DNA from: a virus
Lineage: Duplodnaviria > Caudoviricetes
DNA length: 34,301 nt
Strand: one strand, 5' to 3'
Virus record (IMG/VR): IMGVR_UViG_3300043118_000026
Location: 1 to 34,301 of that record
The translations under genes were made by a program, and so were the position numbers. The notes under the pieces were generated by a model. That model saw only the letters and a list, made by a program, of their open reading frames with translations, searched no databases and was not told the DNA's origin. Every line of letters begins with the position of its first letter. Position 1 is the stretch's first letter. This document shows positions 26,079-33,965 of this stretch, piece after piece.

Positions 26079-26174
26079 AATTTCAGGGATTAAGGGAAAG
26101 CGGTGGGAACCGGGGGGAAGCAGTGCAGGCAACACGCCCGGGAGGGTCGGCGGTGCCTGCAACCAGGGCAGGGA

Positions 26175-26612
26175 TTACCGGGGGTGGTCGTCTCCGAACA
26201 GCCCCGGCTGCAGGCGGGCGCGGATCATCTTACGCTGCCGTGCGAGGATTGAATAAATCTGTACTTCGGTCAAGTGGTACGCCTGGGCCAGCTCGGCCAC
26301 GTTGGCGCCGTTGTGGCGCTCCCAGATCTCCCGGTCACGCAGGGCGGTTTCCAGCTGGTCACCCTTGGGGATGTAGTGGCTGCGGCCGCCGGCGAATGTC
26401 GACAACGCACGCACGGCCCGGAAGGCGCGGCGGCGGGCGTCTTCCTGGCTGGCGCCATCGCGGCGGAACGCGGATTCCAGGATGCTGAGCATGTCGGTCA
26501 GGCCCTGGGGCCACTTGGCCAGGATTTCCGGGTCATCCATGTGGTCCAGCATGGATTCATCCAGCTTGTCGTCAAACAGCGCCAGGTTGTTGTCCAGATC
26601 GGTATTACCCAT
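26175..26612 (-). CDS. mor: Mor/C family transcription activator
   Basis: GGRSHYIPKG..L..ALRD..I....NG.N..ELA..Y.LT..QIY.I motif, last gene before the late region. Confidence 0.93.
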   Translation of the reverse strand: MGNTDLDNNLALFDDKLDESMLDHMDDPEILAKWPQGLTDMLSILESAFRRDGASQEDARRRAFRAVRALSTFAGGRSHYIPKGDQLETALRDREIWERHNGANVAELAQAYHLTEVQIYSILARQRKMIRARLQPGLFGDDHPR

Positions 26613-27030
26613 GGTACTCCCTCCCGTGTCGGTTGGCGTCTACTACAAGCCCCTGCATCAGGCGGTACAGCTGGTCATCGTCCAGCCAGTCCACCCGCTC
26701 TACCTTGAACATGCGCTGGGCCATGCCGTCTGCGTACGCCCAGGGGCGGTCGGCTTCGGCCAGCAGGGCCTCCACTTTGTTCATCACCGCCTGCCGGCTG
26801 GGCGGCGTGCGGGGCTTCTTACGGCCGGCCTTGCGGGCCTTGGGTTTAAAGCCCCGGGCTTTCATGTGCTGCAGGATCTTCTGCAGCTCCGGGCCGGTGC
26901 AGTCGGAGCAAGAGCGCTTACCGCCGGTGGCGGTGGATATCGCCAGGCGGTAAGTGTCGTCATCCAGGCCCAGGTCTTTGCGGGCAATGTGGATCTGGGC
27001 GAGTACTCGTTTGCGGTGGTCTTTGCTCAT
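26605..27030 (-). CDS. gemA: GemA/gp16 (DUF1018) family protein
   Basis: IHIARKDLGLDDDTYR..I...TG.K.S motif and W.YA...A.RM. Confidence 0.9.
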   Translation of the reverse strand: MSKDHRKRVLAQIHIARKDLGLDDDTYRLAISTATGGKRSCSDCTGPELQKILQHMKARGFKPKARKAGRKKPRTPPSRQAVMNKVEALLAEADRPWAYADGMAQRMFKVERVDWLDDDQLYRLMQGLVVDANRHGREYHG

Positions 27031-27437
27031 GCCTCGGCGGCCTCCTCGTCCGGCTTGATCTCCAGATCCGGGAAGTGTTTTTTCAGGTGGGCGACTGCTG
27101 AGCCTTCGGTGCCGAAGTCCGGCATAAAAGCGATAACTCTAGGCTTAACCATTTCTTCCGCTTTCTTCTTTCCATAGATTTTTCTCAGGGCTGGTAGCCG
27201 CTTTCTGCTCCACAAGGCTTTTTTCGCCGGTCGAAAAAACCTGCTTTCAGGATGCATAGGCTGACCTTTATCGGTCATCATCCACTTCCCTTTGACATAG
27301 CCATCCACGTATACAGACACGAACACCTTTTTGCCGTCATGGACCTTGTAGAGGCTGACTTCATGGCCATCTGCCAGCAGCTTTACCGATCCGCCCAAGT
27401 GCTCCAGGCGGCTTTTGATTTCGTCCCATTTACTCAC
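27027..27437 (-). CDS. Hypothetical phage protein (~136 aa)
   Basis: GTG at 27437 after AAGGAG, stop overlaps gemA start. Confidence 0.75.
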   Translation of the reverse strand: MSKWDEIKSRLEHLGGSVKLLADGHEVSLYKVHDGKKVFVSVYVDGYVKGKWMMTDKGQPMHPESRFFRPAKKALWSRKRLPALRKIYGKKKAEEMVKPRVIAFMPDFGTEGSAVAHLKKHFPDLEIKPDEEAAEA

Positions 27438-27666
27438 TTTTTCGCTCCTTTTCTGTATTTCGTGACCGGTCACGTTCAAGCCGGGCCGCGTCATCCAGCA
27501 CCAGGCGCACCACGTATTCGGTTTGGTCCTCAAAGCCCCGGGCCCTGGCGTTGCTGGCGATCAGCTCTCGCTCACGCAGGGCCAGGTCCATTTCCATGCG
27601 CTTCATTCCAAGGCGCTGTTTCCGCTCACGCTGCCGGCGCTTGCGCTCGGCAGTGGTTTTGGCCAT
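27430..27666 (-). CDS. Small basic protein, possible ribbon-helix-helix
   Basis: GAGGA RBS, MAKT.AERKRRQRER N-terminus common in phage early proteins. Confidence 0.7.
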   Translation of the reverse strand: MAKTTAERKRRQRERKQRLGMKRMEMDLALRERELIASNARARGFEDQTEYVVRLVLDDAARLERDRSRNTEKERKSE

Positions 27667-27681
27667 GACGTCCTCGCTTGG

Positions 27682-27969
27682 CTACCTGTCTTTGTAAGGA
27701 ACAACGTTCTGCAGCTCTCGCTTTACCCCGCCGCTATCTCTGAACTCGCGCCACTTCAATGCGTGGCCGGGGCAGTAGTGAACCTCTGGCGCCGCCTCGA
27801 AAGCATGGCCGTGGCAAAGCGGCATATCGCATGTCTCGCCATCGCCTACCGGGTAGTCACACAGGTAAGTCCCGGCGTCGCCACAATTGGCATCCCCACA
27901 ATGCGGCCCGAAATCTCCGCAAAGGAACATGAAGCCGCCGCCTTCTAAATAGGTCTTATAACAGGGCAT
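27682..27969 (-). CDS. Cys/His-rich putative zinc-binding protein (~95 aa)
   Basis: ATG at 27969 after GAGGA. C..C, LCDYP, TCD.PLC..H and YCP.H clusters. Confidence 0.75.
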   Translation of the reverse strand: MPCYKTYLEGGGFMFLCGDFGPHCGDANCGDAGTYLCDYPVGDGETCDMPLCHGHAFEAAPEVHYCPGHALKWREFRDSGGVKRELQNVVPYKDR

Positions 27970-27982
27970 GCATTCCTCGCTT

Positions 27983-28040
27983 TGGCTGCTCATCAGTGCC
28001 GGGGCACCACGCCCGGCAGACGCCCCGGAGGGCGTTTCGC
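27983..28040 (-). ncRNA. Type II hammerhead ribozyme (copy 1)
   Basis: GC-GAAA-CGCCC(UCCG)GGGCG-UC^-UGCCGGG(CGUGGUGC)CCCGGCA-CUGAUGA-GC. Full core, predicted cleavage 28019/28018, tail GCCA can pair with loop I UGGU. Confidence 0.88.
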
Positions 28041-28292
28041 TTATTCTTCTTCCACCTCATCAACGCTGAAGGGCAACTTCCCAAGGGTATCCAGCGCAAT
28101 CCCGACGCCAAATCGGATTCCCTTGGCAATGTCACTGTCAGGCTCGATCTCCTTGTCACCGATTTTCAGTCGAGCGTCTTTGTGGTCCAGAATCAGCTGC
28201 AGGCTTTCAACTCGCTCACCGTGCCAATCCAGAAGCTTCTGCAAAAACTCATTCAGCTGCTGCGGATCGTTGATATCCATGTTTTCAGGCAT
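28041..28292 (-). CDS. Small acidic hypothetical protein (~83 aa) flanked by hammerheads
   Basis: ATG at 28292 after GAGAGGA, TAA abuts the downstream ribozyme. Confidence 0.75.
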   Translation of the reverse strand: MPENMDINDPQQLNEFLQKLLDWHGERVESLQLILDHKDARLKIGDKEIEPDSDIAKGIRFGVGIALDTLGKLPFSVDEVEEE

Positions 28293-28311
28293 TGCATGTC
28301 CTCTCGTTATT

Positions 28312-28371
28312 TGGCTGCTCATCAGTACCGGGCCACCACGCCCAGCAGACGCCCCGGCTGGGGCGTTTCGC
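28312..28371 (-). ncRNA. Type II hammerhead ribozyme (copy 2)
   Basis: GC-GAAA-CGCCCC(AGCC)GGGGCG-UC^-UGCUGGGC(GUGGUG)GCCCGGUA-CUGAUGA-GC. Predicted cleavage 28348/28347. Differences from copy 1 preserve pairing. Confidence 0.88.
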
Positions 28372-28689
28372 TTAGGAGTTGAGGGCATCCTTCAATGCCT
28401 TGGAGGGCCGTAGCTTGGCACTCACGCTGCCGGGGATGGTGATTGTTTCGCCGGTCTGCGGGTTGCGGCCGGGGCGGGCGGCGCGCTCCACTGGTACCAG
28501 TTTGCCGGCACCTGGCAGCGGCACTTCGCAGCCTTCGGCCAGGCGGTCCTGGATGATCGAGCCCAGGGAATCCACCACGGCCTCCATGTCGGCCTTGCTG
28601 ATCTGGCTGCTTTCGCGGCGGCTATGGTGGCCCTCAATCAGGGCATCAATCAGGCTGCTTTTGGTCATGGTTTTCTCTTCGCGTGTCAT
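28372..28689 (-). CDS. HU/IHF family DNA-binding protein
   Basis: MTKS.LI, V.LPG.GKL...ERAAR.GRNPQTGETI.IP, SKALKDALN motifs. Alternative start at 28668. Confidence 0.93.
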   Translation of the reverse strand: MTREEKTMTKSSLIDALIEGHHSRRESSQISKADMEAVVDSLGSIIQDRLAEGCEVPLPGAGKLVPVERAARPGRNPQTGETITIPGSVSAKLRPSKALKDALNS

Positions 28690-28720
28690 GGTTTAACACC
28701 TCTTTGGGTTTACGGGTTGG

Positions 28721-29338
28721 TTAAAGCGCTGCTACATCCAGCGGGATCTGGCGGTATGGGCCGTCTTGGCCCTGCCGCTCGTAGAAGCGCAGGTAGGACT
28801 TGCTGCCAGTCACCTTGATGGAGTCCATGATGGCCTGCATGGCCTGCTGCCATTTCTCGTGCTTGATATCCAGGCTGCGCAGGCCCAGCACGCGGGCGGT
28901 GTTGATCTTGCCTTCGCGGTCGGTCTGGAAGGCGTGTTCAACCAGGGCCTGCACTTCGGAGCGGCTGCCAGCCGTCCATTCGTGGATGCACTGGTCAATC
29001 AGCTCTTTGGCCACCTGCAGGCGCTCATCAAACTGGAGGTGATCAGACACGGCCCGCTTTACCTGGTACTGGCCGTCAAAGCTGGCCAGGGTGACGTTGC
29101 CTTTTTTGCCGCCGTAGTTGGTGTCGTACTCCCGGGCAGACAGTTCCAGGAAGGCTTCCACTTCGGTGGCAATCTCGGCCTTCACGCGGATCATCTGTTC
29201 CTGCAGGCCTTTGACCTTGGCAATGACTTCCATCACCAGGTCATCACGCAGGCGGTCGATGTCTTTGATCTGGTCCACGGGTACCAGGTGGCCCTTGGCG
29301 TTGCGCCGGTACTGGCCTTGGTTTTCTGCTGTGTTCAT
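28721..29338 (-). CDS. DUF3164-like Mu-type early protein
   Basis: NAKGHLVP..QIK.ID, GGKKGNVTL.SFDG, FDERLQ.AK.LID.C, GSKSY.RFYER motifs. Confidence 0.88.
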   Translation of the reverse strand: MNTAENQGQYRRNAKGHLVPVDQIKDIDRLRDDLVMEVIAKVKGLQEQMIRVKAEIATEVEAFLELSAREYDTNYGGKKGNVTLASFDGQYQVKRAVSDHLQFDERLQVAKELIDQCIHEWTAGSRSEVQALVEHAFQTDREGKINTARVLGLRSLDIKHEKWQQAMQAIMDSIKVTGSKSYLRFYERQGQDGPYRQIPLDVAAL

Positions 29339-29346
29339 GTTTTACC

Positions 29347-29688
29347 TCAGGTCGCTTGGGGAAATGGATTGTGGGCCGGGCGAAAGCCGCTCAGGCGGCC
29401 ACGTTTCTTGGGGTAGCGGTGGTGCCGCATGGGCTCCATGTACGCCCCGCCTTTCTTGGCCAGGGAGCTTTGCAGCTCCTGTTCGGTTTGTTCCTGGATC
29501 TCGGCCCGCATCAGGCGCACCCGTACGCGGGTTTGCTCCGGCATCAGCGGGAACGGCTGGTGCAGCAGGTGTTCGTAGCGGGCCGGATCGGCCAGGTACT
29601 GGTCCAGGGTTACGCCGTGCCGGTGCAGCATGTTGTTTGCGTACAGGTCGGCGTAGTGCTCCAGGTAAGCCGTTGGGTGCATGTTCAT
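29347..29688 (-). CDS. Hypothetical protein (~113 aa)
   Basis: ATG at 29688 overlaps upstream stop (ATGA) after GGAGG. HGVTL.QYLADP.RY motif. Confidence 0.72.
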   Translation of the reverse strand: MNMHPTAYLEHYADLYANNMLHRHGVTLDQYLADPARYEHLLHQPFPLMPEQTRVRVRLMRAEIQEQTEQELQSSLAKKGGAYMEPMRHHRYPKKRGRLSGFRPAHNPFPQAT

Positions 29689-30044
29689 GGCTGGCCTCCG
29701 TTCGGGTTGTGAGGGCAGTTCTGGCACACGCGCCATACGCGCATGGCCATGGGGTTGTGCGTGGGCGCTGGGCGGTCCCGGTATTCCCGGCACTGTTCGG
29801 TGCTGATGTTGGCGTTGTGGGCCGGGCACGTGATGCCGTCCAGGGCGTCAAGGATGCGCTTTTCCATTCGGGCGGTGCTGGGGCTGGAATACCGGTTGGC
29901 CAGCAACAGGGAGACGGCGGTACGGCTGATGCCGATGCGCTCACCTGCTTTGGTGCGGCTTGAGGACTCCACTTCTTTGGCCAGCAACTGGATCCAGTGC
30001 GGGGGCTGCTCGCCCCAGTTGGAGATATCGACTTTGCGGCTCAC
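29685..30044 (-). CDS. HTH protein with C-terminal Cys cluster (~119 aa)
   Basis: GTG at 30044 overlaps upstream stop. AGERIGISRTAVSLLL HTH, then CPAH..C..CQNCPH. Confidence 0.8.
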   Translation of the reverse strand: MSRKVDISNWGEQPPHWIQLLAKEVESSSRTKAGERIGISRTAVSLLLANRYSSPSTARMEKRILDALDGITCPAHNANISTEQCREYRDRPAPTHNPMAMRVWRVCQNCPHNPNGGQP

Positions 30045-30676
30045 TCGTCGCCCCCCTCTGTGTGCGGGTTGCGCTGATAAACCACCTGGCCGGTGTTGGG
30101 GTCGTACAGCTGCTTGAGGCGCTGGACCATCGGGGCGCGGGGGCCGGTCCAGCGGCCCGGGGCCAGGCGGTACCGGGCGGGTTTTCCGGGGCCACCCGGT
30201 CGGGTGACAGTGAGATACCCGGCACCGGCCAGCATCAGGCAGTAGTCGTTGGCAGTGGTTTCGGCCACCTCGTGCTTGGGCGTGGACGCAGCCTGCGCCA
30301 ACTGGCGGCTGGTGAAATCGCCAATGATTTTGACGGTGCGCCACATCTGTTCGCGGCCCCGGCCCTGGGTCACTTCGGTGCCGTCTTTGCGGACTCGCGG
30401 GGCATCCACGCCGCAGTCTCTCACCAGCTCATATTTCACCAACCGCCCGCGCACGGATTCGGTGCGGCGCAGGTATCCGGCGGCTTCCAGGCCAGTCATG
30501 TAGTCGCGCACGCGGCCCTGGGGAGCCCACTCTGCGCCCAGCATCCACACATCGCGCACGGTGATGGGCTTGCCGCCTTTGTGCAGTTTGCGGATCGCTT
30601 CCCACATGGACTGGCGATCGCCTTTCGGGCCCTGGGATTCCAGGTGTACGGGCCTACGGGTAATGCTCTTCGCCAT
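30041..30676 (-). CDS. Conserved Mu-like early protein (tandem winged-helix-like)
   Basis: Internal duplication: MWEAIR..Y...L.AAGYL and MWRTVK..Y...L.GAGYL, plus TGPRAP and LYDPN. Confidence 0.78.
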   Translation of the reverse strand: MAKSITRRPVHLESQGPKGDRQSMWEAIRKLHKGGKPITVRDVWMLGAEWAPQGRVRDYMTGLEAAGYLRRTESVRGRLVKYELVRDCGVDAPRVRKDGTEVTQGRGREQMWRTVKIIGDFTSRQLAQAASTPKHEVAETTANDYCLMLAGAGYLTVTRPGGPGKPARYRLAPGRWTGPRAPMVQRLKQLYDPNTGQVVYQRNPHTEGGDE

Positions 30677-30678
30677 CC

Positions 30679-31398
30679 TTACGCCCTCCGCGCCGGTGGC
30701 TGACCGGTGTGGATGGCGCGCTCACCCCAGATTTCGAGGTCTACGCGCTCCCAGTTGTTGGCCACCGCTTCGCTGTGGATGCGGTAGAGGTTGACGGCGA
30801 TGCGGCGCAAGCAACCCTTCACACGGGTGCGCACCTCTTCCAGCAGGTCTGCATCCATTTCGATATCGGGATAGCTGGACTGCGCCAGTTCCTGGACGTC
30901 GGTCAGGCTGGCCTTCTGGGCGGGCACCCACTCAAGCACCCGGTTGTGCAGGCGCTCCAGGCGGGACATGGAGGCCGGCACGCGCTCTTCGCCGATCAGA
31001 ATCAGGGTGCCCTGGCTGGCGTTGTAGATGTCGGTCAGCACGTTGGCGGCAGCTTTGTCGATCACGTACTGAACATCATCAATGATGATGGGGCGACCGC
31101 TGCGGCTGAGCTGTTCGGCCACCTGGTCTACCATTTCGGAGAGGGTTTTCATGGGGATGATGCCCATTTCCCGCAGGATGGCGATCAGGAAGGCCTTTTT
31201 GGTCCAGCTCTCCCGGCACTCGACGTAGTAGGCGCGGTGCAGGTTGGCCGCATAGGCCGCTGCCAGACTCTTGCCATAGCCACTGGGGCCGTACATCACG
31301 ACCAGCCCCGGGAGTTCCGGCGGGCGGTTGGCGGCGCTTTCCACGGCCTGGGCAAGCAGGCCTACGTTGGTCAGTGGTACAATGGTGTTGACGCTCAT
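30679..31398 (-). CDS. Transposition AAA+ ATPase (MuB equivalent)
   Basis: Walker A GPSGYGKS, Walker B IIIDD, directly after transposase. ATG at 31398 follows GAAGGA. Confidence 0.92.
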   Translation of the reverse strand: MSVNTIVPLTNVGLLAQAVESAANRPPELPGLVVMYGPSGYGKSLAAAYAANLHRAYYVECRESWTKKAFLIAILREMGIIPMKTLSEMVDQVAEQLSRSGRPIIIDDVQYVIDKAAANVLTDIYNASQGTLILIGEERVPASMSRLERLHNRVLEWVPAQKASLTDVQELAQSSYPDIEMDADLLEEVRTRVKGCLRRIAVNLYRIHSEAVANNWERVDLEIWGERAIHTGQPPARRA

Positions 31399-31441
31399 AT
31401 AACTTCCTTCTGGTTTTTGCTTGGGTGTCATGGCCATGCGC

Positions 31442-33529
31442 TCACATGGCCCTGCGGGCGCTGACGGTTTTGCCGTTGGCGCTCGCTTCCATCACGCGTT
31501 TGATAGCGCGATATCCGGGCGTTGATGGGTAGGTTTCCCACCACTTCTGTTCTTTCTCGCTCAGTTCTTCACCGGCGCTTACTCGCTGATCCAGCTTCTG
31601 CCACAGGCGGTACCGGGCGGTGACGTCTTCAGGAATCACGAATTCTTCTTTCTTGGCTGCGGCCAACTGCTTGGCCTTGGCCCGGCCGGCTTCAACCAGG
31701 CGTTGGGTGTCGTCGTCATTGGCGACCGGCTCAATGGTGCGGATCTCGACATCACGGCCGGTGATGGTTTTGGCCTTGGTGGTCAGGCGCTTGAGCTGGC
31801 CTTTTTCGCGCTTGTCTGCCGCGCGCTGCAGCTGGGCCACCGGCATGGCTGGGGTGGCGTTGCCGTCCAATTCGGCGGTGCCGATCACTTCACCTTCCAG
31901 GGTGAACACGCCAACGCTGGCGCTGTCGCGGTAATCCCAGGCCACCTTTATTTCCTCGCCGTGGAAATCGCGCAGGGCGTCCAGGAAGTAGATGCCGCCG
32001 TTAATGCGGACCTCGCCCCGGTGGGTTTTGCGGATCTCCTGCGGCCGTGTGAGTGAGGCCACCAGATCCGGATCGGCGGTGATGGCTTCAAACCCTTCCA
32101 CCTCGGCATCGGCCCAGGCTTCCATGGGGGTCTGGCGGCGCAGGCGGCCGGTTTCCATGTCGCGGATCTTGCGCAGGCCGTTGTGGGGCATGTTGTTGTA
32201 GCGGTCTACCGCCGCGCTCAGGCTGTCGTAAAACTCTTGAAAGGTCGGAATGTGGGCCGGTTTGAAGCCCTCTTTGATTGCCTTCCGGGACAGCTTGTGG
32301 GCGCGGGTGGCGGCCTGTTTGTCCATGTCCACGCCGATGTAGCTGTTGAAGTCTTTGGCCAGGGTGACGAAGGTCTGGTGGACCCGCTCAACCACGCCCC
32401 GGGCCTGGGAGTTGTATGGCAGTGAGTGGGTGATGGTGCCGCCCAGGCGGTCCACCACTTCATAGATTCTGTCGTTCTTGAAGCCGCTGCCATTATCGAC
32501 ATAAAACAGGCTGAACATGCCGGCGTTGGTGATGCCGTGGCGCAGGGCGTCCAGGGTGGCCACGGTGGATTCCGCCAGGTTCAGGGCAAAGCCGGTGATG
32601 CGGCGGCTGTACCAGTCCAGGACCACGGTGATTTCCGGGCGGAACGGCTGGCCGGTCAGCGGGTTGATCACCTCGGCATCGAAGGTGTGGCCATCGGATA
32701 CCCAGACATCGTTCGGCCACAGGTGGTCTGTGCTGCGGCGCTTGAACGGCTGCAGGGATTTCAAGTCCTGGGAGCCCATGCGGCCGCGTTCGCGGGCTTC
32801 GGGGCTCAACTTCTGCAGCCACCGGCGCACCTGGTGTATGGATGGGTGCGGCGCAGGTGTGCGCTCAACCATCTGCTGGTAGGCGGCGGTAATGCTGGGC
32901 TTCTGGGGGCGCTGGTAAAACTTGAGGAACGTGGGGCCCCATTCAGGGATGCTCATGTCCTGCTTACGGCGGCGCGGGGCCAGTGCCCGCTCACCGTGCT
33001 TTTTGAAATCGGCCAGCCAGCGCTTCAGGGTGCGCTCAGACAAAGTGCGGGTAGCGGTTTTGCGGTCGTTGGCGCGCACCACCCGGTTAGCCAGGTACGG
33101 CGTTAGATTTCCCAGCTGTGCGTTGGCAACTAACGTCAGGATGGCCTTTTTCTGGGTGGTGACCCGGCTCAGCCGTTCGATCTCGCGCACAAAGGCCACG
33201 CGGGCAGACATGACCGCCAGTTGGTCTTCATTGAGGTCTTCATAGCGGGCCGGTTCGCGCTCGGGCTGCTCCTGCGCGGGTTCCAGAGCGTCGTCACCGG
33301 TGCCGGCGTTGGTCAGGGATTGGGCCAGTATGGCGTCCTGGGTTACCTGGGGGAGGCTGGCGAAGGCGTATTCTTTGCCGCCGCCCCGGCCTTCACGCTT
33401 TTTGGCTGGCCAGTTCTCGGCTTTGGCTCGGCGGATGATGCCACTTACAGAAGATGGCAGGCCGTCCAACCCGGCAAGCTCCGCCGCCGTGTACCATTCC
33501 TGGACTGGCAATACATCGCGACAGCTCAT
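31442..33529 (-). CDS. Mu-type DDE transposase (MuA equivalent)
   Basis: N-terminal Mu DNA-binding domain (WYTAAEL.GL.GLP..GRGGGKEY) and DDE residues in WVSDGH, YVDNGSG, GVVER. Confidence 0.96.
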   Translation of the reverse strand: MSCRDVLPVQEWYTAAELAGLDGLPSSVSGIIRRAKAENWPAKKREGRGGGKEYAFASLPQVTQDAILAQSLTNAGTGDDALEPAQEQPEREPARYEDLNEDQLAVMSARVAFVREIERLSRVTTQKKAILTLVANAQLGNLTPYLANRVVRANDRKTATRTLSERTLKRWLADFKKHGERALAPRRRKQDMSIPEWGPTFLKFYQRPQKPSITAAYQQMVERTPAPHPSIHQVRRWLQKLSPEARERGRMGSQDLKSLQPFKRRSTDHLWPNDVWVSDGHTFDAEVINPLTGQPFRPEITVVLDWYSRRITGFALNLAESTVATLDALRHGITNAGMFSLFYVDNGSGFKNDRIYEVVDRLGGTITHSLPYNSQARGVVERVHQTFVTLAKDFNSYIGVDMDKQAATRAHKLSRKAIKEGFKPAHIPTFQEFYDSLSAAVDRYNNMPHNGLRKIRDMETGRLRRQTPMEAWADAEVEGFEAITADPDLVASLTRPQEIRKTHRGEVRINGGIYFLDALRDFHGEEIKVAWDYRDSASVGVFTLEGEVIGTAELDGNATPAMPVAQLQRAADKREKGQLKRLTTKAKTITGRDVEIRTIEPVANDDDTQRLVEAGRAKAKQLAAAKKEEFVIPEDVTARYRLWQKLDQRVSAGEELSEKEQKWWETYPSTPGYRAIKRVMEASANGKTVSARRAM

Positions 33530-33963
33530 TCTTCGTCCCCCATCAACCGTTTCAGCTCGCGCATTTCCTGCTGAAGCTTGTCTTTCATCTGCTGCATTTT
33601 TCCGTACTGCGCGGCCAGGGCTTCACGGCCGTACGCCACCCGGCCGCCACGCATATGCACCATCCAGTCGGTAAAGGCGTGTGAATGGCACACCTCTTCC
33701 AGCAGGGGTACCCGATAAAGCGGGATGTTGTGTTCAGTGCGGGCGGGGCTGGACCAGGCATCCAGCATGTGTTTTGAGACGTCGTCGCCAGACAGCCGGC
33801 TCATTTGTGCGGCAATCTCATAGCGGTCTTCGGGGCAGCTCTTCAGGACGCTGCCGACCAGCTCACTCACCTGGCAGGCGTAGTTGCCACTGCCTGGTGT
33901 TGGGTGCACCGGTTCCGGAACCTCAAAGATGTCAATCGTGGCGTTGTCTTTGACGCGTCTCAT
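33526..33963 (-). CDS. Conserved hypothetical early protein, possible DNA-binding regulator
   Basis: RYEIAAQMSRL.G..VSK.MLDAW.S motif, between ner and transposase. Confidence 0.75.
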   Translation of the reverse strand: MRRVKDNATIDIFEVPEPVHPTPGSGNYACQVSELVGSVLKSCPEDRYEIAAQMSRLSGDDVSKHMLDAWSSPARTEHNIPLYRVPLLEEVCHSHAFTDWMVHMRGGRVAYGREALAAQYGKMQQMKDKLQQEMRELKRLMGDEE

Positions 33964-33965
33964 GG

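Noticed and set aside
27970-27993. ORF-track starts at 27993 and 28388, and the ATG at 28322
   Set aside because: ATG 27993 and ATG 28322 are the AUG within the hammerhead CUGAUGA core, and 28388 lies inside the HU gene. SD-led ATGs at 27969 and 28292 are better.
27981-28374. Direct repeats as CRISPR array, terminators or attC sites
   Set aside because: Only two copies separated by a gene, no cas or integrase, no U tract. The hammerhead core explains the conservation.
29342-29944. 200-aa overlapping - strand ORF and N-terminal extensions of 29347-29829 and 29685-30344
   Set aside because: Low-complexity alternate-frame translations. Coupled starts at 29688 and 30044 tile the region without large overlaps.
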